Assembly (NCBI RefSeq): GCF_009914755.1
Contig: NC_060925.1
Source: the human T2T-CHM13v2.0 reference genome, Homo sapiens
Length of the DNA stretch: 64,000 bases
Reading direction: 5' to 3' (one strand)
Shown here: in pieces, positions 11,355-31,769 of the stretch
Position numbering within the stretch: position 1 is the stretch's first letter
Layout: every line of letters starts with the position of its first letter
Notes under the pieces: generated by a model
Told to the model about the DNA's origin: nothing
The model's database searches: none
What the model saw: only the letters and a program-made list of their open reading frames with translations
Translations under genes and position numbers: made by a program

Positions 11355-11553
11355 GATGTTTAGCAGTCTTAAGACAATTTACAGTCTGATATGACTAATA
11401 TTTCTAGGTGACCAATAAAATGTTCTTACAAAAATAATGGAAGTGACACATTCACATCATTCTCAGATTTCTCAATTTATTAAAGGTTATTTTTGCAATG
11501 CACTGTCACTAAAATTAGTACCATGATGTCTTTTTTAAAAAAAAAGCTAGTTA

Positions 11554-13005
<1,452 letters not shown>

Positions 13006-13074
13006 TTAAATACCAAATTTTGGAAGACAAGCATCAAGTAGATTAAGAACATTTTTATCTTTCCACAAAATTAA

Positions 13075-13560
13075 TATATCAATCAGGATTCAGAGAAGCA
13101 GAACCACTAGAAGATATACTTTTTAACAGATATGACATCAACAATGGTGAGACCTAGTTAAGCAGTTTGTAAGGCTTCATCTTTGCATCTGATGCTGGAG
13201 GTTGAAGTTCATTTTAGGCAGTTGGAAAGCAAAGGTGAATGATTGAGGGAGGGATGGTGGCACTAGGAATAAGCTGGAACTAGCCACAAGCACAAGCTAG
13301 AACCACAAACATGGACTGACACTCTGGTCAGATCTCGCTGCTTCTGACCTTGGTGGCATGGATGTCCTTCCAAAGCCAGGACTCTTTATCATGGAGCAAA
13401 ATATAGCTGGCCCATGAGTCTGAGAAGCTGAAGGAGGATTTGGGGACAGTGGAACAACTGCAGGCCCAACTGCAGCCTCATCCCAAAGGAGCAGCAGATA
13501 AGCCACAATGTGTATGAGCTACAAAATTTGTTTCACTTCAGCCCTCCAAAACTCCTACAT
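13075..13560 (-). mobile_element. MLT2-like (ERVL) LTR fragment
   Basis: atcaggattcagagaagcagaaccactagaagata is an MLT2 3'-end-like motif in reverse. Confidence 0.5.
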
Positions 13561-13788
13561 TATCCATATTCATTAGTCATGCATTGCATAATGTTGCCTC
13601 GTTTTGGTCAACAATCGACTGCATATAGGATCGCAGTCTCAAAAGATTATAAAGGAGCTGAAAAATTCCTATTACCTAGAGACATCGTAGCCATTATAAC
13701 ATCCTAGCCCAGTGCATTATGTGTTTGTGGTGATGCTGGTGTATACAAACATACTCTGCTGTCAGTTGTATAAAAGTATAGTACATAC

Positions 13789-14134
<346 letters not shown>

Positions 14135-14421
14135 TTATTACTGGTTTATGTATTTACTATTTATTGTTGCAGTATGTGTGTTCTTATTAAAAAAAAAGTT
14201 ACCTGAAAAACAACCCCAGGCAGGTCCTGCAGGAGGCATTCCAGGAGGTATTGTCATCACAGCAGATGACAGCTCCATGCATGTTATTGCCCCTTAAGAC
14301 CTTCCGGTGGGACAAGATGTGGAGGCGGAAGACAGTGACATTGATGATTCTGACCCTGTGTAAGCCTAGCATAATGTGTGTGTTTTAGTTTTTTTTTTTT
14401 TTGAAAAAGGTTAAAAAGTAA

Positions 14422-14707
14422 GGCCAGGCGCGGTGGCTGATGCCTGTAATCTGAGCACTGGGAGTCCGAGGCCAGTGGATCACGAGGTCAAGAGATCGAC
14501 ACCATCCTGGCCAACACAGTGAAACCCCGTCTCTACTAAAAATACAAAAATTAGCTGGGCATGGTGGCATGCGCCTATAGTCGCAGCTACTTGGGAGGCT
14601 GAGGCAGGAGAATCACTTGAACACAGGAGGCAGAGGTTGCGGTGAGCCAAGATCGCAGCATTGCACTTCAGCGACAGAGACTCTGTCTCAAAAAACAGAC
14701 CAAAAAA
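14422..14707 (+). mobile_element. AluSc-like inside Tigger3b
   Basis: TSD aaaaaggttaaaaagtaa; ggtcaagagatcga diagnostic. Confidence 0.9.
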
Positions 14708-14834
14708 GGTTAAAAAGTAAAAACAAATTTTATTAAATAGAAAAAAGCTCACAGAATAAGGATATGAAGAAAGAATATTTGTGTATAGCTGTACAATGTG
14801 TTTTAAGTGAAGTGTTATTACAAGAGTCAGTTTA

Positions 14835-15194
<360 letters not shown>

Positions 15195-15541
15195 TTAAAA
15201 AATATATCTAGCGTAGCTTAACTGTATGTTTATGAAGTCTACAGGAGTGCACGGTAATGTCCTAGGCCTTCACATTCACTCACTACTCTCTCACTGGCTC
15301 ACCTAGAGCAATTTCCAGTCCTGCAAGTTCCATTTATGCTAAGTGCCCTATACAAGTGTACCATTTTTTATCTTTCTGTATCATTTTCTTACTGTAGTTT
15401 TTCTATGTCTAGATACACAAATATAATGTAAGTACAATTTGTGTAATGCACAAATTGTGTTAAAATTGCCCACAGTACTCAGTACAATAATACGCTGAAC
15501 AGTAATATGCTGAACCAGCTTGTGGTCTCGGAGCAATAGGC

Positions 15542-15547
15542 TTTATT
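15542..15547 (-). terminator. ANKRD13C distal poly(A) signal candidate, inside Tigger3b
   Basis: Plus-strand TTTATT; upstream UGUA (plus TACA 15595) and a U/GU-rich downstream region on the minus strand. Confidence 0.5.
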
Positions 15548-16332
15548 GTATAGTCTAGGTGAGTGGTATGCTATACCACCTAGGTTTGTGTAAGTACACC
15601 CAATATGGTTCTCACAATGACAAAATCACCTGATGCATTCCACAGAACATGTACCCATCATTAAGTGACACACAACTGTATTTAGAACATCCCAATTACT
15701 GTCATCCTTCTTTAGTCATCAAGAACTCTATGTATGGGAGGTACAGGTAAATAAGTGGTGGGTTTTATCTTTTTGGTTTTATGTTAGACAATATTTCTAC
15801 TCTAATTAAAGTCATTTTCACCGCAAAACATGATGAAAACCAAGAATGATTAACAAGCACCTTTCTTAGAAGTTCTTAAGATTTTGCTTCAATATTTTTC
15901 AGTGTGTGGAAAAAGCAAAATTGTAATTCTATGTACCATAGGTACCATTATGACTGAAAGTATTACTCTTCTAAAATGAACTGTAACAATTAAAAAGCTC
16001 ATCACAAGGTAAGCTCACTCTGTAAGGATGGTTTGCATGATGTAAAAAATGTGATTCTTAACATGTTATGAAATTTTTAGGTGGCAACCAGAGTTAGTTA
16101 CTATTGCCCCAGATTTCTGACATAAAATGCTTTGCAAGAGTAGTTTTGGCTAATTTATAGTATACAAACAATCATGGGCTTTTACCAAGCTTAGTTCTGC
16201 TATCTATCTTTACAAGTGACTTAATACCTCCTGTCCATTTCTCTAGTGGGGGCAAGTTTTACACCAGTTGCTTTTCTCTAGCATGTTTGTAAATATGGGT
16301 AATATCAATGAGCAGAAGGAAGCACCTTTAAT

Positions 16333-16428
16333 TCAGCAGTTAAACACAGGTTTGGACTGCACAGGTCCACTTACATGCAGATTTTCAACTGAACCCCTAA
16401 CCTCCATGTTGTTCAAGGGTCAGCTGTA
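16333..16428. mobile_element. MER8/Tigger2-like miniature element in the extended ANKRD13C UTR
   Basis: ggtttggactgcacaggtccacttacatgcagatttt...ttgttcaagggtcagctg-ta. Confidence 0.6.
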
Positions 16429-17137
16429 CTTATTTACAATATTTACTTCAGTCCTTTCATGGCCTGGAAACAGGATCTTTGTCTTCTGCAGACTTAGGGA
16501 AAACTAGGAAGAGGGCTCATTAAATAATCATTATTCATCACCCTCCCCCAGTGTGTGAATAATAAACTGTATGTGAATACTACTATAAAAACCCATTTTT
16601 ATTAGCATGAGTGGGGCTTAATTCCAGTTCTGAGCAGAAGGAAACAGTTTTTCATCTACTAACATGTATCAGCAGACAGATGTGACAGTTTCCAAACCAT
16701 CATCTGTACTTCTTATACTCACAAAAATCAGGGCATCTACTTCATACTACCCTTTTATGAAGTTTGGCAATTCTCTGTATGTGAATATCTACAGAGGGCA
16801 AATTGTCTCATCAGAGAATTATTTTCTCAAAGATGGAAACCATATCTTCTCTGGATACCATACCAGTGGGCAAGAATATTAACCATTTCTAAATGGCTAT
16901 TGAAGATGACTATACGATTGTCCCCCTACCAATTTAAACAGTTTCAAAATCACAAATGGAGAAGAACATATAGAATTTTGTGTACCTACATTGCAAAATC
17001 TTGATTTTTCATGTGGTATTATGAAAACATATGGTGTTTTGACTTATTCATTTGAAACACTGCATATAGCTTCATTCATTAACTGGATTAAAAGGCACAT
17101 TTCGAAAAATCTTCATTAAAAGTAATACTGTGAAAAG

Positions 17138-17143
17138 TTTATT
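17138..17143 (-). terminator. ANKRD13C poly(A) signal candidate (core UTR)
   Basis: Plus-strand TTTATT = AATAAA on the minus strand. Confidence 0.55.
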
Positions 17144-19240
17144 TGCATCGATTAATTCCTTTTTTTCACCATCATAAGAGATATTGACATTTGTTTGCTC
17201 TTTGTGATCAGAGAAAAGACATTTTGGAATGGATAATCTGTTTCTACCATTCTTTAAAGAAAAAAGCTTTAAAAACAAAATTCAAGTGCAAAAATTTCCA
17301 GTAGTCTTCCTACCTCCAGTGTACCCCAGCAAAATATTCATAGCTGTGCTGTTAGGAAATTAATCAACCATAAGCTTCAATTACCCACTTTTTTTCTTCC
17401 CTAAGGTGTCTGTACTTATGAAAACATATATAGCATATTCCTGAAAGTATACCATATTCCTACAAAGTAAGGGAGCCTAGAAGCAACAGTGATCACTGCC
17501 TTTCAGTGTCTCCAACCCCATGTAACCACTGATAGGATAATTCAGTCTCTAAGTCATTTGATCTACCCATTTCCTAAATAACAGCGATCAACTTCTATTC
17601 AACAAAGCTAGTCTGGGTTTACTAACACGTTCCCCCAAAATTCAATAGGTCCATGTAACGTAGTAATTAGGTCTTTCAATTTTTTACTATGATTATTTTT
17701 CTTCATTATAAAATGTATTTAATGTCAACATACGCAATGCATGTATCAGTATGGAAGATGCAGCTTTAAAGATGTTTATTTAAAATTTTTCTTACGGTTT
17801 ATGCTTTGGATTTTTAAATCATATTTTCAATAAGGGTCTCTAAACTCCTTTCAAATTACCTAAAATCCTGAAAAAAGTTTAAGCTACTGGTCAGTCTAAA
17901 AAACTTGACAGATGCATTCTTGAGACATTCATCAGGATACATTTTAAAAACATCAATCTAAGTAAGCTCTTTAATACAACATGATACTTTATAACTGTTA
18001 TACATTAATCCCCCTAATTTATTTTCATACTTGGACCTTCAAACCACCTTGGAATAAATAAGAAAAATTTTAAGTGCAAAAATGAGTAATACATGATTTT
18101 ATCACTTTGGAGACAATGAAATCAATATTTTCCTGTGATTTAAAAAAAATAATAGGAGTAATCAATCTTGTGTATACTTCTGGACTTTAACTTGTAACAA
18201 ATATATTCTGTTAGCATATAAAATGTTTTTATCTTATTTTGAAAGGATTAAATATGTAGGGTTGTCCAAAATATGTGTATTGTTTTTTAAAACTGACACC
18301 AATGCATCCATATTCTACTAAAAACAAACAAAATAATCAGACCGATGTGTACTTATTAGGAAGCAAGTTTAAAAATTTGGATTTTTTTTTAAAGTGCTGA
18401 GATTTGGAAGAGGAATATCTTTAAACATGCTAACCATTACCTTATGATGACCATAACAAGGACTCAAACTCAAGTTTAGAAAAAAAAAAAATAGAGGTTC
18501 TATGAAAGGAAGATTAGTAACAAACATTCAGGTAAAAACAAATAGCACCACAATGAATTGCACTAAGGTGCTAAAGGAGGTACCTTATTCCCTGCAGAGT
18601 GAACGCTCCTTCTGAAATGTATTGCAACATATAAATGCAATTGTTTAATGGTTACCATTTGGTTCATTCATCTACAGAAAATTGCATTCCTTCTAGTTCA
18701 TTATATTGAACAAACATTCAAATTACTGAACTATACATAATGTTACATAGTTTACATTTTATGAAAACAAAGCTCGAAGGAATATTTATAAATGTCACCT
18801 TGCATAAAGATGACAAGTTTAAAAGGGCTCCATATCTCTTAAGACATTTAATTTACGTTAATGGTCCAGGAGTGTTTTAGATATAGATATAGATATAGAT
18901 ATATTTATATGCATATATATTTCAACAAGAAGTGTAAAAATTTTTAAAAACAAATCACAGCACTCATAGCTGCTTCACATACGCAGGTCTTAGGGTCATT
19001 AATGTGTCAAACTATTACATTTATAATATGTATATTTTTAAAAAGACAAAAAATGGCACATCAGAAAACTCGCTGAAATTCTTATTAGAGGCCCATTTCA
19101 CTGTATCGTATTACTGATGTGTCGATTCAATGTGTAATTCCCTTTTCTTCACTGAAAGCATTTGTCCCTTCTATTTGGATCCACTTCTAGGGTCTCTGTA
19201 TTTTCTTTCCTTGGTTAGACGGCATCCTTTTCCACGTCAG

Positions 19241-19371
19241 TTAAAGATCAGGAAAACGGCTTGGGTCTTCCTTGTAGTCATCAGGTATAGTAAAGATGGA
19301 GCCATCAAATTCATCGTATCGAAACTCCTGAAAAGTCACAGTGGCTGTGATTGTGGGAAACACAGGTATAT
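19241..19371 (-). CDS. ANKRD13C: ANKRD13C terminal coding exon
   Basis: ctgtAG acceptor (plus CT 19372-19373); reads (D)IPVFPTITATVTFQEFRYDEFDGSIFTIPDDYKEDPSRFPDL*, TAA at 19241-19243. Confidence 0.95.
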
Positions 19372-20053
19372 CTACAGAGAGAACATCAATGATAGCATTG
19401 TAAAATCAAATGTTAATATTCATAGACTACAAAGTACTATTGGAGATGTCCATACTCCTTAAAATGTAAAAAAAAAAAAAAAAATACTCAAGAACCAGAA
19501 GAATTCAAATATATGTAGTACTGAGTGTGTGTTTCAGGGAGAGTTCTGGGTATTGATTAGTGAGGAGAAAAAGACATTCAGGCATCCAGCATTATATTGA
19601 AAACTCAAGATCCCATGCCTTCCTAGTCTTAAGAATATAATGCCAGATTCTACCAGTCTTTTTTTCTTTTTCTTGGGGCAGAGGGACAGCTACTTTTGTG
19701 CTTTTTGCATTCTGACTTTTTTCTCTTCAGATTATAGTATATTTACTATTCTGACTCTTTGAGCTGATTTATTTTCATTCTTACTAGCCCAAGTAAAATA
19801 CTCTAATCCTTTTCTGTTTTAAAACATTAAAAACAACCTATCACTTAAATGTGTGGGATAAAAACAGTCTCATCAGAAATGGAAAAATATCATACCACCA
19901 CAGCCTAATCTTCCAAATGAAATATATTTCTAGCTGAAATTGTTTAAGTAAAATCTAGCAATTAAAATGAGCAAGTTAATGATTACATAAGAATCAGAAA
20001 GAGTAAAATAAATAAAATGAACAAATACACATTAAATTAAATGTTTAGTTTTA

Positions 20054-20330
<277 letters not shown>

Positions 20331-20592
20331 TCATTTTTAAAAAAACTCTGAAATGAGTATATGAAAGCTAATTCAAGTGTCTACCTAGGGTAAGGGCACA
20401 GAGTAAATTAAGTCTAACTGATATAAGCTAGTATTTTATTGCAGAAAGTTATGTTCTTATGTAAAAAGGAAAACAAAATACCTTAATTAGATTTAAACAC
20501 AATAATCAACATAACAATTATAGAGTTTCCAGTTATTTCTGGGGGAAAAAATTATTCCTTTGTACCTACTATATGCAGATGCTATCCTAATC

Positions 20593-21205
<613 letters not shown>

Positions 21206-22009
21206 TTCTAGGTTTTGGATACACATCACTAAATAAGAAACAAAATTCATGCAATTATAGAGATTACACTGGTTGGGAGGGTCAGACAACAAATAAATGA
21301 TGATGACTATCTAGAAAAAAATAAAGCATGACAGTAGAATAGGGAGTCTCAGTGTTGGGGGTACGAGCTGTTGAATAGGGTGGCCAAAGGAAAACCTCAA
21401 TGAAGGGACTTTTCAGTAAAGACCTGAGATAAGAACAAACCATGCAGTTGCCTGGAGGACGAAAATTCCAAATAGAAGAACACGAAGTACAAAAGCCCTC
21501 AAAGGAAGTATCTGGTTTAATCTCGGAACAGCCAGGAGGCCAATGTGGCTGCAGCCAAATGAATGAGAGGAAGATTAGCAGGCGATGAGGTCAGAGGGGA
21601 AATAGGCTGCCAGATCAGGTGGAGTTTAGGCCAAAAAAAAGACCAGCTTTTATTCTGGATCAGGTGGAAAGCCAACGGAAGGGTGTGACCGGGGTAGTAC
21701 TATAACTGGAGTTTTGGCAGATGTAGTGAGAATATAATACAAGGTGACAAGAGTGAAGAGGGAGATGTGCTCCAGAAGGAGCAGCCAGAGAGGGAGGAAG
21801 AAAACCAAGAGAGAGTCTATCAAAGAAGTCAGAGGAAAATGCAATGACTTGTCTCAGTTATTCATTGAGCCAAGGACTTCAAAATAAGAAAAGTCAAATC
21901 TTGAAGAGATTAGTATAAAAACAGAAAAGTTTCTACTACATTTAACAATAAGGATCAATAATAAATAAACAGGAAGAGAGAATCTGTAATGAACTAAGGA
22001 AGTGAATAT

Positions 22010-24470
<2,461 letters not shown>

Positions 24471-24695
24471 TAAGAATAGAGAGACAAAAGTAGGCTTTCA
24501 AATAGCTTGGCTGTGAAAAGCAAAGATTAAAGCAAGTGCTGGTGGAATTACAGGTGCTTTTTTGTTGTTGTTGTTGTTTTTTGTTTGATTTTAAAAGGGG
24601 AGAGACCTGAGCAAGCCTAACAACTGAGAGGAAAAATGCAGTACAGACAGGTAGAAGGAAAACGAGAAATATGAAGTCACTCATACAGCTAGCTT

Positions 24696-24992
<297 letters not shown>

Positions 24993-25387
24993 TAGCTTTT
25001 AAAAAGAGCTAGGAGGAGAATAGATCCATAATACAAATGAAGACATTACTCAAGCTAAGAAGAGGGGCGCCACTTCCAGTGAGATAGGAAGATGAAAGAA
25101 AAGGTTGGGCTTGGGGCAGAAAAATCTGTATGGGGTGTTGGAAGTAGTGAGGGAGGTCCCATTTCTGATATTCTCTTTTTGTATCAAAGGAAGTAAAAAT
25201 CATCTGCGCTTAGGTTGTAGGAGAAAGTGGTGGGGGAGGATGAAGATTTGATGATGAAAGAGGGTCAAATTTAGTCTTTGAGCAAAATGAGAGAAGAAGC
25301 CAATCAGAGAAAAGACCATTCATAATCAGCACTTAAAGCTCTGGCTGATTCTGAAAACATGTAATTGTGTTAACAATAATTTCCAAA

Positions 25388-25570
25388 ATTTTTTTTTGAT
25401 TTTTTAGTTTTTTTTTAAAATTATTATTATACTTTAAGTTTTAGGGTACATGTGCACAATGTGCAGGTTAGTTACATATGTATACATGTGCCATGCTGGT
25501 GCGCTGCACCCACTAACTCGTCATCTAGCATTAGGTATATCTCCCAATGCTATCCCTCCCCCCTCCCCCC
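25388..25570 (-). mobile_element. Young, strongly 5'-truncated L1PA2/PA3-like 3' end
   Basis: Near-consensus L1 3'UTR with GAG (not the L1HS-Ta ACA) diagnostic; TSD taatttccaaa 25377-25387 / 25571-25581. Confidence 0.9.
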
Positions 25571-26966
25571 TAATTTCCAAATTTTTATAATTTATCCCAG
25601 TTGTGTTTTTTATCCTAAATGTAGAAAAAGAAACGGTGAAAGAGTAAACATACACAGGAGGAAGTTTTACAGGGTTGGTTCAAAAGAAGGACAGAGAAAC
25701 AAAAGAGAAATAGTTAAACAAATACCCCATAACTTTAAGTATACAAGCAAAATATTATTCCTTGTTAAAAATGTGGTTCTACATCAGAGAAATGCCTGCA
25801 AAAAAAGGACTGCAGACTTTTTTCTTCTCATATAATGAAAATATTTCCTTTGCATAAAAATAAATGTATTGTGGGGTTTGATTTGGGTTTGTTTAGAACT
25901 TAAAAATAGATGTGAATACAGAGATAGTTTGAAATTCTCAACTGTTTAACTCCTGTTCTCTATTCTGGTTTGTCATGGGTCTCTTAACAGTACCTAGAAG
26001 GGAGTCTAAAACTCGAAATATTTCCCTCACCATAGAAAATGGCAGTGGAGTTTTAAACTTCTGCAGAAATGCGAACACAAAGATCCCTTATGGCTATGGC
26101 ACACAGCTCTGAATTGCATTAGTTTTCTAACCATTTCTGCCTAAGATCTTATCACTGATTTCTCCAAGTAGACACTGGGTTCCTAGTGCTTTTGAATTGC
26201 AAAGGGCAACTAGAGTGACATTTTGAAAATCACTTATTTAAAAGTCATTTTTCAAAAAAAAAAAAAAAAGTCATTTTTCATCTAGAAAATGTTTATTTCC
26301 AAGTGTGCAAAATTGTGAAGATCAGGTTTAATTTTTAGCAATGAAAACATTTTGGCCTAAGTATTCTGAGATGTGGTTTTAAAAATATTGGATAAAACAA
26401 GATACATCTGAAGAATTACAGCACTCATTAAATACTGAGTGGTTGAATTGATGGATAGTGTTAAAGGAGCTCCTGAAGCTTGAATTAATGCTAAATCTAA
26501 ATCTAAACACCCAAAACACCTTTTAATAGTGTCTTCTTCCTTGGTTTCTGATATGTTAGAAAGAAAACTATATGCAAAAATGAGTGTACTATTTCTAAAG
26601 ATCATTGCTTAAGATGAAATTAAACATTTAGGGCTGAAAAATAAAACGTATGAGTATTACTTTATCCATCAACAGTAACTGCTTACTCCAGAAACATTCT
26701 CACTACACAGAAACTGAAAGCATAGCTGAAAATCTGGGCTAATCTCTAGTCTCCCTATTTCACATGAAAAACATTATTACAATACATCATTAGTTTACCC
26801 ACACTTTTCTTGTGTGAAATAGATCCCTTACATTTAATTTAAATCAAGTAGAATAAGAATTCTCATCAGGCACTTTAAATATTTGACAAAACATAAATAA
26901 ATGCATATAATTACTGAAAAACTTTACGAAAATGTAAGCAACTAGGAAATCTATTTTCCTTTAAAA

Positions 26967-27293
26967 CAGCAGCCCCCAACCTTTTTGGCACGAGGGATCT
27001 GTTTCGTGAAAGATAATTTTTCCACAGACTGGTGGGGACTGGGGAGGGCTTTGGAATGAAACTGTTCCATCTCAGATCAGGCATTAGATTTCATAAGGAG
27101 CGTGCAACCTAGATCCCTCACATGTGAAGTTCACAATAGGGTTCATGTTCCTACAAGAATCTAATGCCACCACTGATCTGACAGGAGGCAGAGCTCAGGC
27201 GGCAATGCTCACTAGCCTGCCGCTCAGCTCATCTCCTGCTGTGCACCCCACTCCTAAAAGGTCACGAACCAACAGAGGTGTTGGGGACCCCTG
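26967..27293 (+). mobile_element. MER1B (hAT-Charlie)
   Basis: TIRs cagcagcccccaac / gttggggacccctg; perfect 8-bp TSD ctttaaaa 26959-26966 / 27294-27301. Confidence 0.9.
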
Positions 27294-27379
27294 CTTTAAA
27301 AGAAATTGCTTATTAAATGTTAATAAACAGCTCCATATTCCTAATGGACACTAAAATTATATCTAATTTTTTCTCTTAC

Positions 27380-27480
27380 CTAATTTTACAGGAAAGCCTG
27401 GAGGAAGCTTCATCTGAACAAATTCTCTAAGCTTGTTAAAGTGCTTGAAGGGAGCTACTACTTCTAAAACATTCAATAAT
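27380..27480 (-). CDS. ANKRD13C: ANKRD13C exon, 101 nt
   Basis: ttcAG / GTAAGA; reads LLNVLEVVAPFKHFNKLREFVQMKLPPGFPVKL, containing the ANKRD13-family LPPGFPVK motif. Confidence 0.95.
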
Positions 27481-28756
27481 CTGAAAAATGGAAGAAGAAA
27501 AAAATGTTTTCATTGTTCAAATTGCCTTGTGTCCTTATGCTTTTCAACTACATGCTTCAAACCTGGACAGTAGTATTGACTTCCAGATACTAAGGATGAG
27601 TAAATTACAGACTTTATTCCTCCTAACTTTTTACTCTATAATGGTTTACAACTTTTGATTGTGCAGCCATAATTTTCACAATTGTTTGATTTTAGGTCCA
27701 TATTTAGATGGACTCAAAGCTAGTAACTAGATTCACTGTTTGGGTGGCTGATTTCCACTGTCAATTTATTGTGTGTGTAAAAGGCTCTTATGTGCTTAAT
27801 ATTCCTTGATTTCCTGCATATTTGATAAATGATTGCTTCTTATCTTTAAAGGGAAACTTGACTCACATAAAATTTCAGGTTATACTGTCTTTCCTTCTGA
27901 ACTACAATTTCATAATATCTCTTAGCATTCTATATCATATTAGTCATTATGCTATAATTTCTTTCATCTTTTGGTTGGATGGATTTCTTTTTTAAGTAGT
28001 AGCATTTTTCTTTGAAAAAAGTCCTACGACTGCTACGTTTCTTGAATTCTTTTGTGCTTGAGAATATCTTCAGTTGCCTCCATACATAAATTAAAGTTAG
28101 AAATACTGACAGATCACACTTTTGTTACTTCAGATAAGTAAAGACATATGAAAAAATGGAAGGCCAGGCTGATTTTATCCCTTTTCTGCCCGGATGCCTT
28201 TGGATTTATCAACAACTGAAGCCCAATAGTTTGATCAGGATAATTTTTGTTACTAATCATTCTGTACCAATTTTTCGTGGAACCTAATGTCATCCTATAG
28301 ATTTAGTTCTTCATTACAGAGAAATTTTCTTCTATCATATTTTGAATATTATTTTGGTTATACTTGGACGCCTTTTAAGTAAAACATGAATGACTCATAT
28401 TGAACCATTTTTGTCCTCCATATCTATTGCTCATGTAATTTCTTTAATCTCTTCTACTGAATTCACCAAGAGTTGTCAAAATTTAATTTTCAGTTACATC
28501 GATTCTGTTCATTATTGTTTCTACTGTATTTGTTTTGTAATAGTGCCATTTAGTGCTCAATTTATTTCCTCAGCTTTACAATCTCCTTTTCATTTCATTT
28601 TACTGTCTTATATTCTCATCTCAGAAAGATCTGCTTTACTGATTTCATGTTCTTTCTTGTTTTCTATGGCATTTATAGGTAATTTTCTTTTTTTTTTTTC
28701 TGAACTTTTAGAACAAATTATTTGTCTGGCATTTGTATGCTGTGTTCTCTATTTCT

Positions 28757-31070
<2,314 letters not shown>

Positions 31071-31244
31071 TCAATACTTTTGCGAACCAGAAAAGTTCTA
31101 GAACAGTGCACACACTATCAAGGCAATGGCTATTTGCTTTTCATTTCAAAGGTCTCAAATGCACCACTGGGGTGCAAATATTATTACAGCCTTTAGGGTT
31201 TAATAGTTTCTTTCATAAACATTTGTAGTTAGTAACAAACTTAC

Positions 31245-31343
31245 AACTCTATCCCTAAGGGAAATTCCTGGCTCATGGCTATCGTAGCTTTAAACGTTTT
31301 CTTACTCTCTTTGCACACCAATTCTCTACCCAGATGAGGAGCT
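31245..31343 (-). CDS. ANKRD13C: ANKRD13C exon, 99 nt, phase 2-2
   Basis: tttAG / GTAAGT; reads APHLGRELVCKESKKTFKATIAMSQEFPLGIE(L). Confidence 0.95.
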
Positions 31344-31769
31344 CTAAAATGGGAGGAAAAAAAATGTTAGGAAACTTTTTCCATAGTCTATCACCTTCCT
31401 AAGAAGCATCTGTCATCTTTCAATGACATTCATTAATATTTCAATTTTTCTTACTCTGTCTACAGAAATAAAGTTATGCTAAAAGGGAATAAGATATGTA
31501 TAAGAAATTAAGACAAGGGCAATAAAAAAGAATAGCAAAGAGTAAAAGTTCAGAAATTATTAGATCTAAACTAATTTCACATTGAATATAATTTTAATAA
31601 CCACTATTTTTAGGAATAAAGAAAATCATTAGTAAAAAAATTTTTAAGGTATTATTGTATATCTTTAAAGTCACTTATTCAATTCAATCTTCTTTACTGT
31701 CTATTACAGCCTCTGCATTGATCAATAAGAAATATTGTGAAGAATAAGGAATTCTATATTAACTATTAT

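Larger units (their letters stand above)
15520..19240 (-). other. ANKRD13C: ANKRD13C 3'UTR (core about 17110-19240, extension to about 15520)
   Basis: Largely unique AT-rich sequence after the stop; minus-strand AATAAA (plus TTTATT) at 18018, 17775, 17138, 16598 and 15542; ends inferred. Confidence 0.65.

Noticed and set aside
19130-19462. 110-aa + strand ORF
   Set aside because: Antisense shadow of the ANKRD13C last exon.
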